DNA of 64,000 nucleotides from Alphaproteobacteria bacterium (GTDB lineage Bacteria; Pseudomonadota; Alphaproteobacteria; CALKHQ01): NCBI GenBank assembly GCA_965227515.1, contig CBDDFZ010000001.1, positions 1,504,001 to 1,568,000 of the forward strand, read 5' to 3'. Shown piece by piece: positions 54,885 to 63,210 of this stretch (position 1 is its first letter; each line of letters starts with the position of its first letter). The notes under the pieces were generated by a model. It saw only the letters and a program-made list of their open reading frames with translations, ran no database searches and was not told where the DNA came from. The position numbers and the translations under genes were made by a program.

Positions 54885-55541
54885 ATGACCATACAGATAC
54901 GTGGCAACGTTACCGTTTCCAGGCTGCACGACACCACGAATGCCACCGGGAACACGCCGCATCGCGGCGCGCTGGCCGCGATCTACAGCGTCATCACCCG
55001 CAACTGCTGGCTCTTTCACAATGGCGGCACCATTACCGCCGCGTTCGCGGCTGGCGAATACGCCGGCTTCTATGCCTCCTACCGGATGGAGGTGCGCTCG
55101 TGCCATGGCGACGCGGACCTCACGATCGCCGTGAATGACACGAACTATGAGTGCGTCATGCCGATCAACGACGCCCTGTTCCAGGTCAACACGGTGCGGC
55201 AGGCGTGGTGGGACTATGCCAGGAACACGACCACGGCCCATGTCGCGGATCCCGAGGTGAACATGGCGGCGCTTGTGGAGTTCAACTGCGGCACCTTCCT
55301 GGACCCGAATGATCGCTATGCAAACCTGCGAAACCAGACGTGCTGGCAGGCGGCACCGGCGCCGGCAGTGGCAAAGATTGCGATGGGTGCCGGGGTAGGC
55401 GCCCTACCGGCGGTCGATGGACCGCGCATCCTGTACTGCATCATCGGCGATTTCTTTGTGTACACGCCCAATCACTATACCGACGGCTACATCGTGATCG
55501 ACGACCATAACGATCTGTTTCAGACCCGGCATTTCTACTAG
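54885..55541 (+). CDS. hypothetical protein with possible microbial-RNase (barnase-like) motif
   Basis: GAGGAGG SD; C-terminal GPRILY...VYTPNHY pattern. Confidence 0.6.
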   Translation: MTIQIRGNVTVSRLHDTTNATGNTPHRGALAAIYSVITRNCWLFHNGGTITAAFAAGEYAGFYASYRMEVRSCHGDADLTIAVNDTNYECVMPINDALFQVNTVRQAWWDYARNTTTAHVADPEVNMAALVEFNCGTFLDPNDRYANLRNQTCWQAAPAPAVAKIAMGAGVGALPAVDGPRILYCIIGDFFVYTPNHYTDGYIVIDDHNDLFQTRHFY

Positions 55542-55677
55542 CCGCGCCATGCCAGCGGTGCCTGGCGCAGCGTGACGGCCGTCACATCCTGGTTTGCGTG
55601 ACATATGCTGTGATTGAACCTTATCGAGCGGATTCGCGACCCATGGGGAAACACAACGTTCTCCAGGGGATGAACCC

Positions 55678-56052
55678 ATGCGTATCCTTGCTCTTTGTGC
55701 CGCCGTCGGCGCCTCCGCCGCCATCGCTTCCGCCGCGCTCGGCCCGGCGAATGCCGGCAGCTACTCGATGGACTTCGGCAGTGGCCTGGCTCTGAACGAG
55801 GCCCCGCTGGCCCAGCTACCGCTGGTCCAGCCGCTGCCCTGCACCATGGGCGACAACGGCGCCGGTGCCTCGGTCAACATCCACAACACCACCGGCACGG
55901 TCATCGAGCCGGGCAGCGAGATCCACTGGCAGGTCGAGAACGGCCCCAGCGGCAACGTCGTGATCGGCCTGCTGGCGCTTTATGCCGGCCAGACCCTCAA
56001 CGTCGGCACCGCGCCGGTGGTCGCCACCTGCTCTGCCTGGGTGGCGAATTAG
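55678..56052 (+). CDS. hypothetical secreted protein
   Basis: Signal peptide ending in ANA; beta-rich mature domain bracketed by two Cys. Confidence 0.7.
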   Translation: MRILALCAAVGASAAIASAALGPANAGSYSMDFGSGLALNEAPLAQLPLVQPLPCTMGDNGAGASVNIHNTTGTVIEPGSEIHWQVENGPSGNVVIGLLALYAGQTLNVGTAPVVATCSAWVAN

Positions 56053-56100
56053 GCGGCACTGTCTCGGCCGTCGTCAACTCGGCCGTCCCAATACAACAGC

Positions 56101-56281
56101 TTGTCGTCCTCGCCCTTGTGGCGAGGACCCATGTTTGGCCGATACGCCAAGAGAGTCGTGAGAAGCGACGATTTGTGTGGCGGTCAGCCAGCCTGTGCAA
56201 CTGCCCGCACATCGCGCGTGACGCGCGGTCATTGGAGCACGGCCTTTGAATAGGCCCTCGCCACAAGGGCGAGGGCGACAA
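56101..56281. repeat. MITE/REPIN-like repeat family F
   Basis: TTGTCGTCCTCGCCCTTGTGGCGAGG ... CCTCGCCACAAGGGCGAGGGCGACAA. Confidence 0.87.
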
Positions 56282-56314
56282 GATTGTAGGTGCCGGGGGT
56301 TATGCCGACGCACC

Positions 56315-57349
56315 TCACACCTCGGCCGCGCGGCCGTCCTTCGACGATGCGACCAGCGCATCGATCAGCCGGTGCACGTTCAGCGCCTCGCGGCCGGTGA
56401 TGCGCGGAGCGCCGCCGCTCTGCACCGCATCGGCGAAATCGGCGATCAGCGCCATGTGCCAGTCGTGCGGGAACGCCATCGGGTCGGCGCCGCCGCCGGT
56501 GGCGGTGTCATCGTCGCCCTTGTGCTCCTCGCGCCCGTCGCGCCAGGTCACGCTCAGCTCGCCGCCGTTCAGCCGCGCGCTGGCATTCTCGAAATCGAGC
56601 GACAGGCTCTCCACCCGGCCCGGATAGCCTGCAGTGGTGGCGACCACGCTGCCGACCGCACCGCTGGCGAACCGCAACCCGCCGGCGACGAAATCCTCGC
56701 TCTCCATCTCATGCAATGCCGTCGTGGCGGTGACCGCCTGCACCTCGGCCACCGGCCCGGTCAGGCTCAGCATCAGGTCCATGGCGTGGATCGCCTGGCT
56801 GATCAGCACGCCGCCGCCGTCGCGGGCGTAGGTGCCGCGGCCTGGTTCGTCGTAATAGCCCTGCGGGCGCCACCAGGGCACGTCCAGGCGGGCGGCGGCA
56901 AGCTTGCCCATCGCCCCCTCGCGCACCAGCTCGGCCAGCCGTTCGGCGGCAGCGCGAAAGCGGAACTGGAACACGATGCCGAGCTTGACCCCGCGCGCCT
57001 CGCACTGATCGACGATGGCGGTGGCGGCCGCGGTGGTCCGCTCCACCGGCTTTTCCATCAGGATGTGCTTGCCGGCGGCGGAGAAGCGGTCGACCAGATC
57101 GGCGCGTGCGTTCGGCGGGGTCAGGATCAGCACCGCGTCCAGCGCCGGGTCCGCCAGCAGCGCCTCCACGCTGTCGACGGCGGGCAGGCCGTATTCGGCG
57201 GCGAAGGCCGCGCGCCGGTCGGCGGAGCGCGCGAACACGCCGCGCACGTCGATGCGGTCGGCCAGGTCCACCAGCGATTTCGCATGCGGCTTGGAGGCCA
57301 TGCCGAGCCCAATCACGCCAAGCCCGAGTCTTCCGTTCCCTGCCGTCAT
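56315..57349 (-). CDS. Gfo/Idh/MocA oxidoreductase
   Basis: GVIGLG, MEKP, WWRPQGYY and DGGGVLISQAIH motifs; ATGA overlap with the upstream permease. Confidence 0.92.
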   Translation of the reverse strand: MTAGNGRLGLGVIGLGMASKPHAKSLVDLADRIDVRGVFARSADRRAAFAAEYGLPAVDSVEALLADPALDAVLILTPPNARADLVDRFSAAGKHILMEKPVERTTAAATAIVDQCEARGVKLGIVFQFRFRAAAERLAELVREGAMGKLAAARLDVPWWRPQGYYDEPGRGTYARDGGGVLISQAIHAMDLMLSLTGPVAEVQAVTATTALHEMESEDFVAGGLRFASGAVGSVVATTAGYPGRVESLSLDFENASARLNGGELSVTWRDGREEHKGDDDTATGGGADPMAFPHDWHMALIADFADAVQSGGAPRITGREALNVHRLIDALVASSKDGRAAEV

Positions 57350-58350
57350 GCGATCCCCCTTTGTGTTCTGTTGCCGCGCAAGGCGTCGATGCCGTGCAGC
57401 ACCTCGCCGATCAGCCCGCGCGGCAGGGCGAGCACACTTGCCATGAACAGGGCGCCGATGACCAGCGGCCAATAGACGCCGAGCGCGCTCGACAGCTCGC
57501 TCTCCAGCACCTTCACCGCGATCACGCCGCAGGCGGCGGCAACTAGGCTGGCGCGCCCGCCGAGCGCCACCCAGATCAGCGCCTCCGCCGACAGCGAGAA
57601 GCCGATCAGCGCCGGCGAGGCGAAGCCGAACTGGGCGACGAACAGCGCCCCGCCCAGGCCCGCCACCCCGGCGGAGATGGCGTAGGCATGCACCTTCATG
57701 GCGCTGACGTTGTAGCCGAGTGCGCGGCATCTCAGCTCGTTGTCGCGCGCCGCCTTCAGCGCCAGGCCGGGCCCGGCGCGCATGTAGAGGTTGAGGCCGA
57801 CGATCACCGCAGCCAGCACCGCCAGCATGATCGCGAACAGCGGGATCGGGTCCCACACGTCCGCGCCCTCGCCATTCAGGCCAAGGTTGATCGGCGGCAC
57901 ACCCATCAGGCCGTTCAGCCCGCCCAGCCAGTCCCAATTGATCGCCAGCCGCTCGAAGATGAAGGCCAGCGCCAGCGTGACGATGCCAAAGAAGGCGCCA
58001 TGCAGACCCTTGCTTGCAAAGAAGAACCAGCCGACGACATAGGCGACGGCGGCGGGGATCAGGATGGCGGCGACCAGCCCGGCCCAAGTCGAGACCAGCC
58101 CCTCCAGCCCCGGCCACATGCCCATTGTGACCGTGCTCATGGCGTATCCGCCGATGCCGAAGAAGACCGCGTGGCCCAGGCTCAGCAGCCCGCAATGGCC
58201 CCAGGCGAAGGCCAGGCTGACCGCGAGCAGGCCATAGGCGAAGTAGATCGCGAACTCGCCGGCCAGCCAGTCCGGGGTCAGGAACGGCATCGCGATCAGC
58301 GCCAGCAGCACGACGGCGCCGAATCCGTCCTCGGTGCGAAGTGTCATCAT
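57346..58350 (-). CDS. branched-chain amino acid/urea-type ABC permease (LivM/UrtC-like)
   Basis: WGHCGLLSLGHAVFFGIGGY, GGLNG and LIWVALGGR motifs. Confidence 0.9.
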   Translation of the reverse strand: MMTLRTEDGFGAVVLLALIAMPFLTPDWLAGEFAIYFAYGLLAVSLAFAWGHCGLLSLGHAVFFGIGGYAMSTVTMGMWPGLEGLVSTWAGLVAAILIPAAVAYVVGWFFFASKGLHGAFFGIVTLALAFIFERLAINWDWLGGLNGLMGVPPINLGLNGEGADVWDPIPLFAIMLAVLAAVIVGLNLYMRAGPGLALKAARDNELRCRALGYNVSAMKVHAYAISAGVAGLGGALFVAQFGFASPALIGFSLSAEALIWVALGGRASLVAAACGVIAVKVLESELSSALGVYWPLVIGALFMASVLALPRGLIGEVLHGIDALRGNRTQRGIA

Positions 58351-58387
58351 AGCGCGGCCCTGATCAAGATCAGTCCGCGCGAATTCC

Positions 58388-58471
58388 GCGCCAGCCCACT
58401 CCCCCACCCGGCCGCCCAACGAGAGTATCCTGCCTGGGTGGCCGGGAGGGGGAGTGGGCCGGTGCCGACTT
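58388..58471. repeat. palindromic repeat family E inserted between the two permease genes
   Basis: GCCAGCCCACTCCCCCACCCGGCC..GGCCGGGAGGGGGAGTGGGCCGG; flanked by GTCATCA direct repeats at 58343 and 58477. Confidence 0.85.
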
Positions 58472-58480
58472 TATTGGTCA

Positions 58481-59344
58481 TCAAACAGCGCGCTGACGGC
58501 GGGAGACGATGCCGCGCGGGAACAGGCGGATCACCACGATGGCGGTGACGAACACCACCAGTTGCGCCCACACCGGCGAGTAGAACACCTGGGTCAAATT
58601 GTCGACCACGCCCACGGTGGTGGCGCCGGCCAGCGGCCCAACGATGGTGCCCAGCCCGCCGACCAGGATCGACAGGAACGCCGGCACCAGGAAGCCGATG
58701 CCGGCCTGCGGGTCGATGGAGATCATCGGCGCCAGTGCGGCCCCGGCCAGCCCGGCCAGCCCGCAGCCGAGCGCGAACGTCATCCGGTCGAGCGCGCGGG
58801 TGTTGATGCCCAGGCACGAGGCCATGGCGCGGTTATGGATCACCGCGCGCGCGGCCAGCCCCATGCGGGTGCGGAAGAACAGCCAGAACGTGGCCGCGAT
58901 CGCCACCGCGCTGATCACCATCAGGATCAGGCGGAACACCGGGTATTCGGCGCCGAACAGCTCCACCGACGCGTCGGTCGGCGTGGTCACCGAGTGCGAG
59001 CCCGGCCCGTAGGCGATGACCGCGAACTGGCGCAGGAACAGGCTCAAGCCCCAGGTCGCCAGGATGGTGTCGAACACGCGGGCATAGATGTGGCGGACCA
59101 GCAGTTCCTCCACCAACAGCCCGACCAGCGCGACCGCGAATGGCGCCACGATCAGCCCCAGCCAGTAGCCGCCGCCCATGGTGTCAACCGTCAGCACGAC
59201 ATAGGCGCCCAGCATCATGAACTCGCCATGCGCCAGGTTGATGACGTTCATCAGACCGAAAATGATGGCGAGCCCCAGCGCCACCATGATCAGGATCAGG
59301 GTGTAGTTGGCGCAGTCGAGCAGGAAGATCGCGACGTGGTCCAT
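58481..59344 (-). CDS. branched-chain amino acid/urea-type ABC permease (LivH/UrtB-like)
   Basis: ALGLAIIFGLMNVINLAHGEF, TILATWG and MASCLGINT motifs. Confidence 0.92.
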   Translation of the reverse strand: MDHVAIFLLDCANYTLILIMVALGLAIIFGLMNVINLAHGEFMMLGAYVVLTVDTMGGGYWLGLIVAPFAVALVGLLVEELLVRHIYARVFDTILATWGLSLFLRQFAVIAYGPGSHSVTTPTDASVELFGAEYPVFRLILMVISAVAIAATFWLFFRTRMGLAARAVIHNRAMASCLGINTRALDRMTFALGCGLAGLAGAALAPMISIDPQAGIGFLVPAFLSILVGGLGTIVGPLAGATTVGVVDNLTQVFYSPVWAQLVVFVTAIVVIRLFPRGIVSRRQRAV

Positions 59345-59452
59345 CGCGCGCGGTTATAGCGCATTTCCGGCAACCGCTCGCGGTGGGAGTGGGGACCGCT
59401 CATTCGTCTTGTCATACTCGACTGGCGACATGTGCGTTTGCGCGTTTCTGTT

Positions 59453-59674
59453 CCCTCTCCCCGCCGCGTAGCGGTGTGGGAGAGGAAGGGGCCCAGCCGC
59501 AGGCTGGGAAGGTGAGGGGAGCGGCGCAAGGGGTCAGGAGCGCACGACGCAACGGCAAGGGTATGATGTTCTTGTCCGCCAATCGGTGAACTCGCATCCA
59601 CGGTAGCCCAGGCCCTCACCCTCCCACAAACCTGCGGTTTGCGGGCCCCTCCCTCTCCCGAAATGCGAGAGGGG
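59453..59674. repeat. two family D repeat units (59453-59519 and 59613-59674)
   Basis: GGGCCCAGCCGCAGGCTGGGAAGGTGAGGG and CCCTCACCCTCCC..GGGCCCCTCCCTCTCCCGAAATG, nearly identical to the 18729-18868 units. Confidence 0.85.
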
Positions 59675-59757
59675 TTGCGACACGATGCGTCGAATACACT
59701 CAGGATGCGCTGGTCAACGACGACAATGGTGTGAAGTCAGGCGCGGGTGAAGAACCC

Positions 59758-61893
59758 TTACCGCGTCCAGGCCGCCACGGCGTCGCGGCCGCCACGGTTT
59801 TCCATGTAGTTGACCAGCGCGCTGACGGCGGCGCGGTCGAACGCATGGTCGATGCCGGCGGTGATCTGGGCCAGCGCCTCGTCGATGGTCTTGCCGGCGC
59901 GGTGGGCGCGCGGGCTGACCATCGCGACGAAGGCATTGGCCACCGCCACGATGCGTGCTGCCGGCAGGATGGCGTCGCCGCGCAGGCCCTGCGGCAGGCC
60001 GGTGCCGTCGACGTGCTCCAGCGCCTGGCGCACGGTCTCCACCACCGGGCCGCGGAACTCGACGCCCTCGATGAAGCGGGCGCTGGCCATGATGCCCTCG
60101 CGGATCTGGCGGATCTCCTCCGGGCCCAGGTCGCGCTCCAGGGTCAACAGCTCGGACGGCACCATGATCTTGCCGAGGTTGAGCAGGCGGCCGGCGTAGG
60201 CCGCGGTCTCGACGGTGGTGTCGTCGGCGCCCATCTCCTTGGCGATCGCTTCCGCGACGTGGCCGACATGGACCGAGTGGCGGGCGGCATGGGGGTCGCG
60301 CGCGTCGATCACGGTGACCAGGGTCTCGACCAGACCGTCGAGGATGCGCTCGTTGCGCTCGCGCTCGGCCATCGCCTCGCTGATGTCTTCCTCCACCGTC
60401 AGCACGGCGCCCGGCCAGTTCGGCAGCATCGCGCCCATGGGGATATGCGCGGCCTGGTAGGTGCGGGTCTCGTCGTCCAGCACCACCTCGCGGATGGTGG
60501 TGACCACGGCGTTGGCCTCGCGGGCCTCGTCATGATGCAGTGCCAGCGCGCGCGCCTGGGCCGCCCCGAACAGGCGCGACATCGGGGCGCCGACGATGTC
60601 GGCGATCGAGGACTTCAGGCGCGTGGCCAGGGTGGCGTTGGCGAACTGGAACTGGCCCTGCTCGTCGGCGACGAACATCGACGAGGGCTGGGCATCGGTC
60701 ACCAGGCGCAGGAACCGCTCCTGCTGAGCTAGCCTGTCGGTGGTGGCCTGCAGGCGGTCCAGGGCGTGGGCCGTGCGTTGGGAGGCGCCATGGCGCCACA
60801 GCGCGAACATGCACACAGCCGCAATCGCCACCGCCAGCACCAGCAGGATCAGCAGGCGTTGCAGGCGGGCATCGCTGTCTGCCAGCGCCTCGCCGCGGTC
60901 GACCTTGTAGACCAGCGTCCACGGCGCTGCGTTGAGCGCACGGGATATGGCGAGCACGTCGACGCCGCGATAGTCGATGAACTGCCCGAAGGCGCCCGCC
61001 TCGCGAATGGCGGCGGCGGCGGCCAGGTTCTCGGTATCCGCGTCCAGGCCGAGGCCGAGCGGCGGTGTCGTGCTGTCGCCGCCGCCGCGGGTGGGCGACA
61101 GATACTCGACATTGCCATTGGCGGCGCGCACCAGCACCGTCTCCGCGGTCAGGTGCGGATCGCCCGGCTGGCGCAGCATGGAGAACACGGCCTCGTCCAG
61201 CGGCCGCAGCCCGAGCACGTAGCCGACGACGTTGTCGAGCGAGGCATCGGACTGCAGGCGAATGACCGGCGCGATGAAGCCGAACGCCACCGTGTCGTCG
61301 CTCAGTGTCAAGGCATCGACGAAGCGGGGCTCGACGAACGCGCCGTCGGCCAGCATCGGGGCCACGATCTGGGCGGGATCTCCCATCTCGCGGGTGGTGG
61401 TGACGATGTGCCCTTCCGCATCCAGCACCGCGATGCCGATCGGCGCGCGGCCCGGCACGTTGGCCTCGAAATCGAACGCCGAGGCGCGCACGAAACCGGC
61501 GCGCTCCGCCACCGATTCCAGGTAGTTGCGCAGGTAGGCGGCCTGGCCGTCGAAGTCGGCGATCTGGCTGCGGTCGCCGTTCACGTCCTCCAACTGGCTG
61601 AACAGCAGGGCGACAGAGGGGTTGTGCGCGATCTGGGCGATCTCGTCGCCTTCCTCGGCCAGCCACTGGTCGACGTCATGGGCGCGGCCGTCGGCCACCA
61701 GCGCCAGCCGGGCCTGCCAGCCCAGCAGGTCATGCTCGGCCTGGTCGCTGACGAACTGGATCGCCGCCGCCACGCCGGCCACCGCCACGATAACCAGCAG
61801 CAGCATCACGACGGCAACCTTGGTCCGTGCGCTCTTGCCGCCGCGGCGTTCCACGTCCGTCATCCACCCGTCCGCATGCGCCATTTCAGCCAT
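59758..61893 (-). CDS. membrane sensor (2 TM, Cache-like periplasmic domain, PAS) with degenerate HD-GYP domain
   Basis: Two TM helices about 320 aa apart; PAS-like segment (FQFAN); HD-GYP scaffold ARDPHAARHS..LLNLGK..EHVDGTGLPQGLRGDAILPAARIVAVANAFVAM. Confidence 0.88.
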   Translation of the reverse strand: MAEMAHADGWMTDVERRGGKSARTKVAVVMLLLVIVAVAGVAAAIQFVSDQAEHDLLGWQARLALVADGRAHDVDQWLAEEGDEIAQIAHNPSVALLFSQLEDVNGDRSQIADFDGQAAYLRNYLESVAERAGFVRASAFDFEANVPGRAPIGIAVLDAEGHIVTTTREMGDPAQIVAPMLADGAFVEPRFVDALTLSDDTVAFGFIAPVIRLQSDASLDNVVGYVLGLRPLDEAVFSMLRQPGDPHLTAETVLVRAANGNVEYLSPTRGGGDSTTPPLGLGLDADTENLAAAAAIREAGAFGQFIDYRGVDVLAISRALNAAPWTLVYKVDRGEALADSDARLQRLLILLVLAVAIAAVCMFALWRHGASQRTAHALDRLQATTDRLAQQERFLRLVTDAQPSSMFVADEQGQFQFANATLATRLKSSIADIVGAPMSRLFGAAQARALALHHDEAREANAVVTTIREVVLDDETRTYQAAHIPMGAMLPNWPGAVLTVEEDISEAMAERERNERILDGLVETLVTVIDARDPHAARHSVHVGHVAEAIAKEMGADDTTVETAAYAGRLLNLGKIMVPSELLTLERDLGPEEIRQIREGIMASARFIEGVEFRGPVVETVRQALEHVDGTGLPQGLRGDAILPAARIVAVANAFVAMVSPRAHRAGKTIDEALAQITAGIDHAFDRAAVSALVNYMENRGGRDAVAAWTR

Positions 61894-61909
61894 TCACCAT
61901 TGCCCATCT

Positions 61910-62030
61910 TTAATGTTTGTTTGAAGAAAATCTAAGCCGATTTGGTTAAGCAATGCCCAATGCAAGTAACCCGCCGCGCGCTCGGGCATCACGTCTGTGT
62001 CACGTGTCGTAATCCTCAAGCCGTTGTTAA
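61910..62030. promoter_or_regulatory. divergent promoter region with two CtrA-like boxes
   Basis: TTAA-N7-TTGA (61910-61924) and TCAA-N7-TTAA (62016-62030), each one mismatch from TTAA-N7-TTAA. Confidence 0.45.
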
Positions 62031-62164
62031 GGATCAACGCGTCATGCTGAGGCTTGGCGCGCGGAACAGCCGGATCGGCTCCGACATGCCAGGCGGGCAT
62101 GGGCGGGGCCACTGTGATTCCGGCCGCGCCGCGCAACCGAATCCGCACTGTCAGGTAGGACCAA

Positions 62165-62806
62165 ATGCGGAAGACGAGCGCCAGGATCGCTCTTGCCCTG
62201 TTGTGTCTTGTGATCGCCGGTGCGGCAACGCCCGCCGGCGCCACGACCGTGCGCCTGTTCAACACCGGCGAGACCCAAGGGTCGAACATGGCGTTCTTCC
62301 CGCAGTTCACCGACATGCTGCGCCGCTATGCCGCCGACTTGCCGAAGGCCAACGAACCGTGCAGCGGCGGGGTGTCGACGCCGTGCGTGCTGCGGCAATG
62401 GTCGGATTTCATCGTTTCGCTGCGCGGGCTGGACCGGCGCACCCAGATCGAGCGCGTCAACAGCTACATGAACGACATCGACTATGTCGAAGACAGCGCG
62501 AACTGGGGCAGCGAGGACTATTGGGCGACGCCGGTGCAGTTCTTCACCCGCGCCGGCGACTGCGAGGACTATGCGATCGCCAAGTACCTGACGCTGCGCG
62601 CGCTGGGCGTGCCGATCAGCGCCATGCGCATCGTGGTGCTACAGGACCGCAACCTGGGGCTGGCCCATGCCATCCTGGTGGTCTACGACAACGGCACGCC
62701 GCTGGTGCTGGACAACCAGATCGACCACGTGGTGGCCGCCTCGTCGATCCACCACTACCAGCCGATATATTCATTGAACGAACAGAACTGGTGGCGGCAC
62801 TACTGA
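62165..62806 (+). CDS. transglutaminase-like cysteine proteinase (BTLCP, LapG-like), secreted
   Basis: Signal peptide; D..NWGSEDYWATP, GDCEDYAIAKY (Cys), HAILVV (His) and VLDN (Asp) motifs. Confidence 0.93.
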   Translation: MRKTSARIALALLCLVIAGAATPAGATTVRLFNTGETQGSNMAFFPQFTDMLRRYAADLPKANEPCSGGVSTPCVLRQWSDFIVSLRGLDRRTQIERVNSYMNDIDYVEDSANWGSEDYWATPVQFFTRAGDCEDYAIAKYLTLRALGVPISAMRIVVLQDRNLGLAHAILVVYDNGTPLVLDNQIDHVVAASSIHHYQPIYSLNEQNWWRHY

Positions 62807-62967
62807 GCCGGTGGGCCGAGTTTCGCCGCGTGGTTCCGTTCGCGGCGTGTCCACCGCTTTTTGGCCAACCCGGTGATCTACCTCACACCCTCTCGGCAAC
62901 GCCGTTCCCACCTGAATCGTAGGGAGCCGTGACCACGGTCACGTCGATGAGAGAGGGAGCCAAGATC

Positions 62968-63108
62968 ATGAAAAACATACTGTTTTCCGCCGCCGTCGCA
63001 ATTGCTGTCGCCATTGGCGCAATGGGCGGCGTCAGCGGTGACGCATTTGCCGCGCCGAAGCCTGGACCCGGTACCGTTTCCGAGATTGGCATCGGTAGTG
63101 GCCGCTGA
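62968..63108 (+). CDS. 46-aa secreted peptide precursor (not in ORF track)
   Basis: GAGAGGGAG SD; MKNILFSAAVAIAVAIGAMGGVSGDAFA-APKPGPGTVSEIGIGSGR; terminator 30 nt downstream. Confidence 0.65.
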   Translation: MKNILFSAAVAIAVAIGAMGGVSGDAFAAPKPGPGTVSEIGIGSGR

Positions 63109-63137
63109 CCGCCTCATCATATTTCTGATGACAAAGC

Positions 63138-63170
63138 AACGCGGCCGATCTCGGCCGCGTTTTGTGGTTT
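63138..63170 (+). terminator. intrinsic terminator
   Basis: AACGCGGCCGA-TC-TCGGCCGCGTT followed by a T-rich tail. Confidence 0.75.
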
Positions 63171-63210
63171 TGTGGTTTTGTGGGTCGGATTACCTGGTGA
63201 TGACGATCTA

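Noticed and set aside
56315-58195. 626-aa ORF as a permease-dehydrogenase fusion
   Set aside because: The N-terminal part is an off-frame reading of the permease; the real start at 57349 has an SD and an ATGA overlap.
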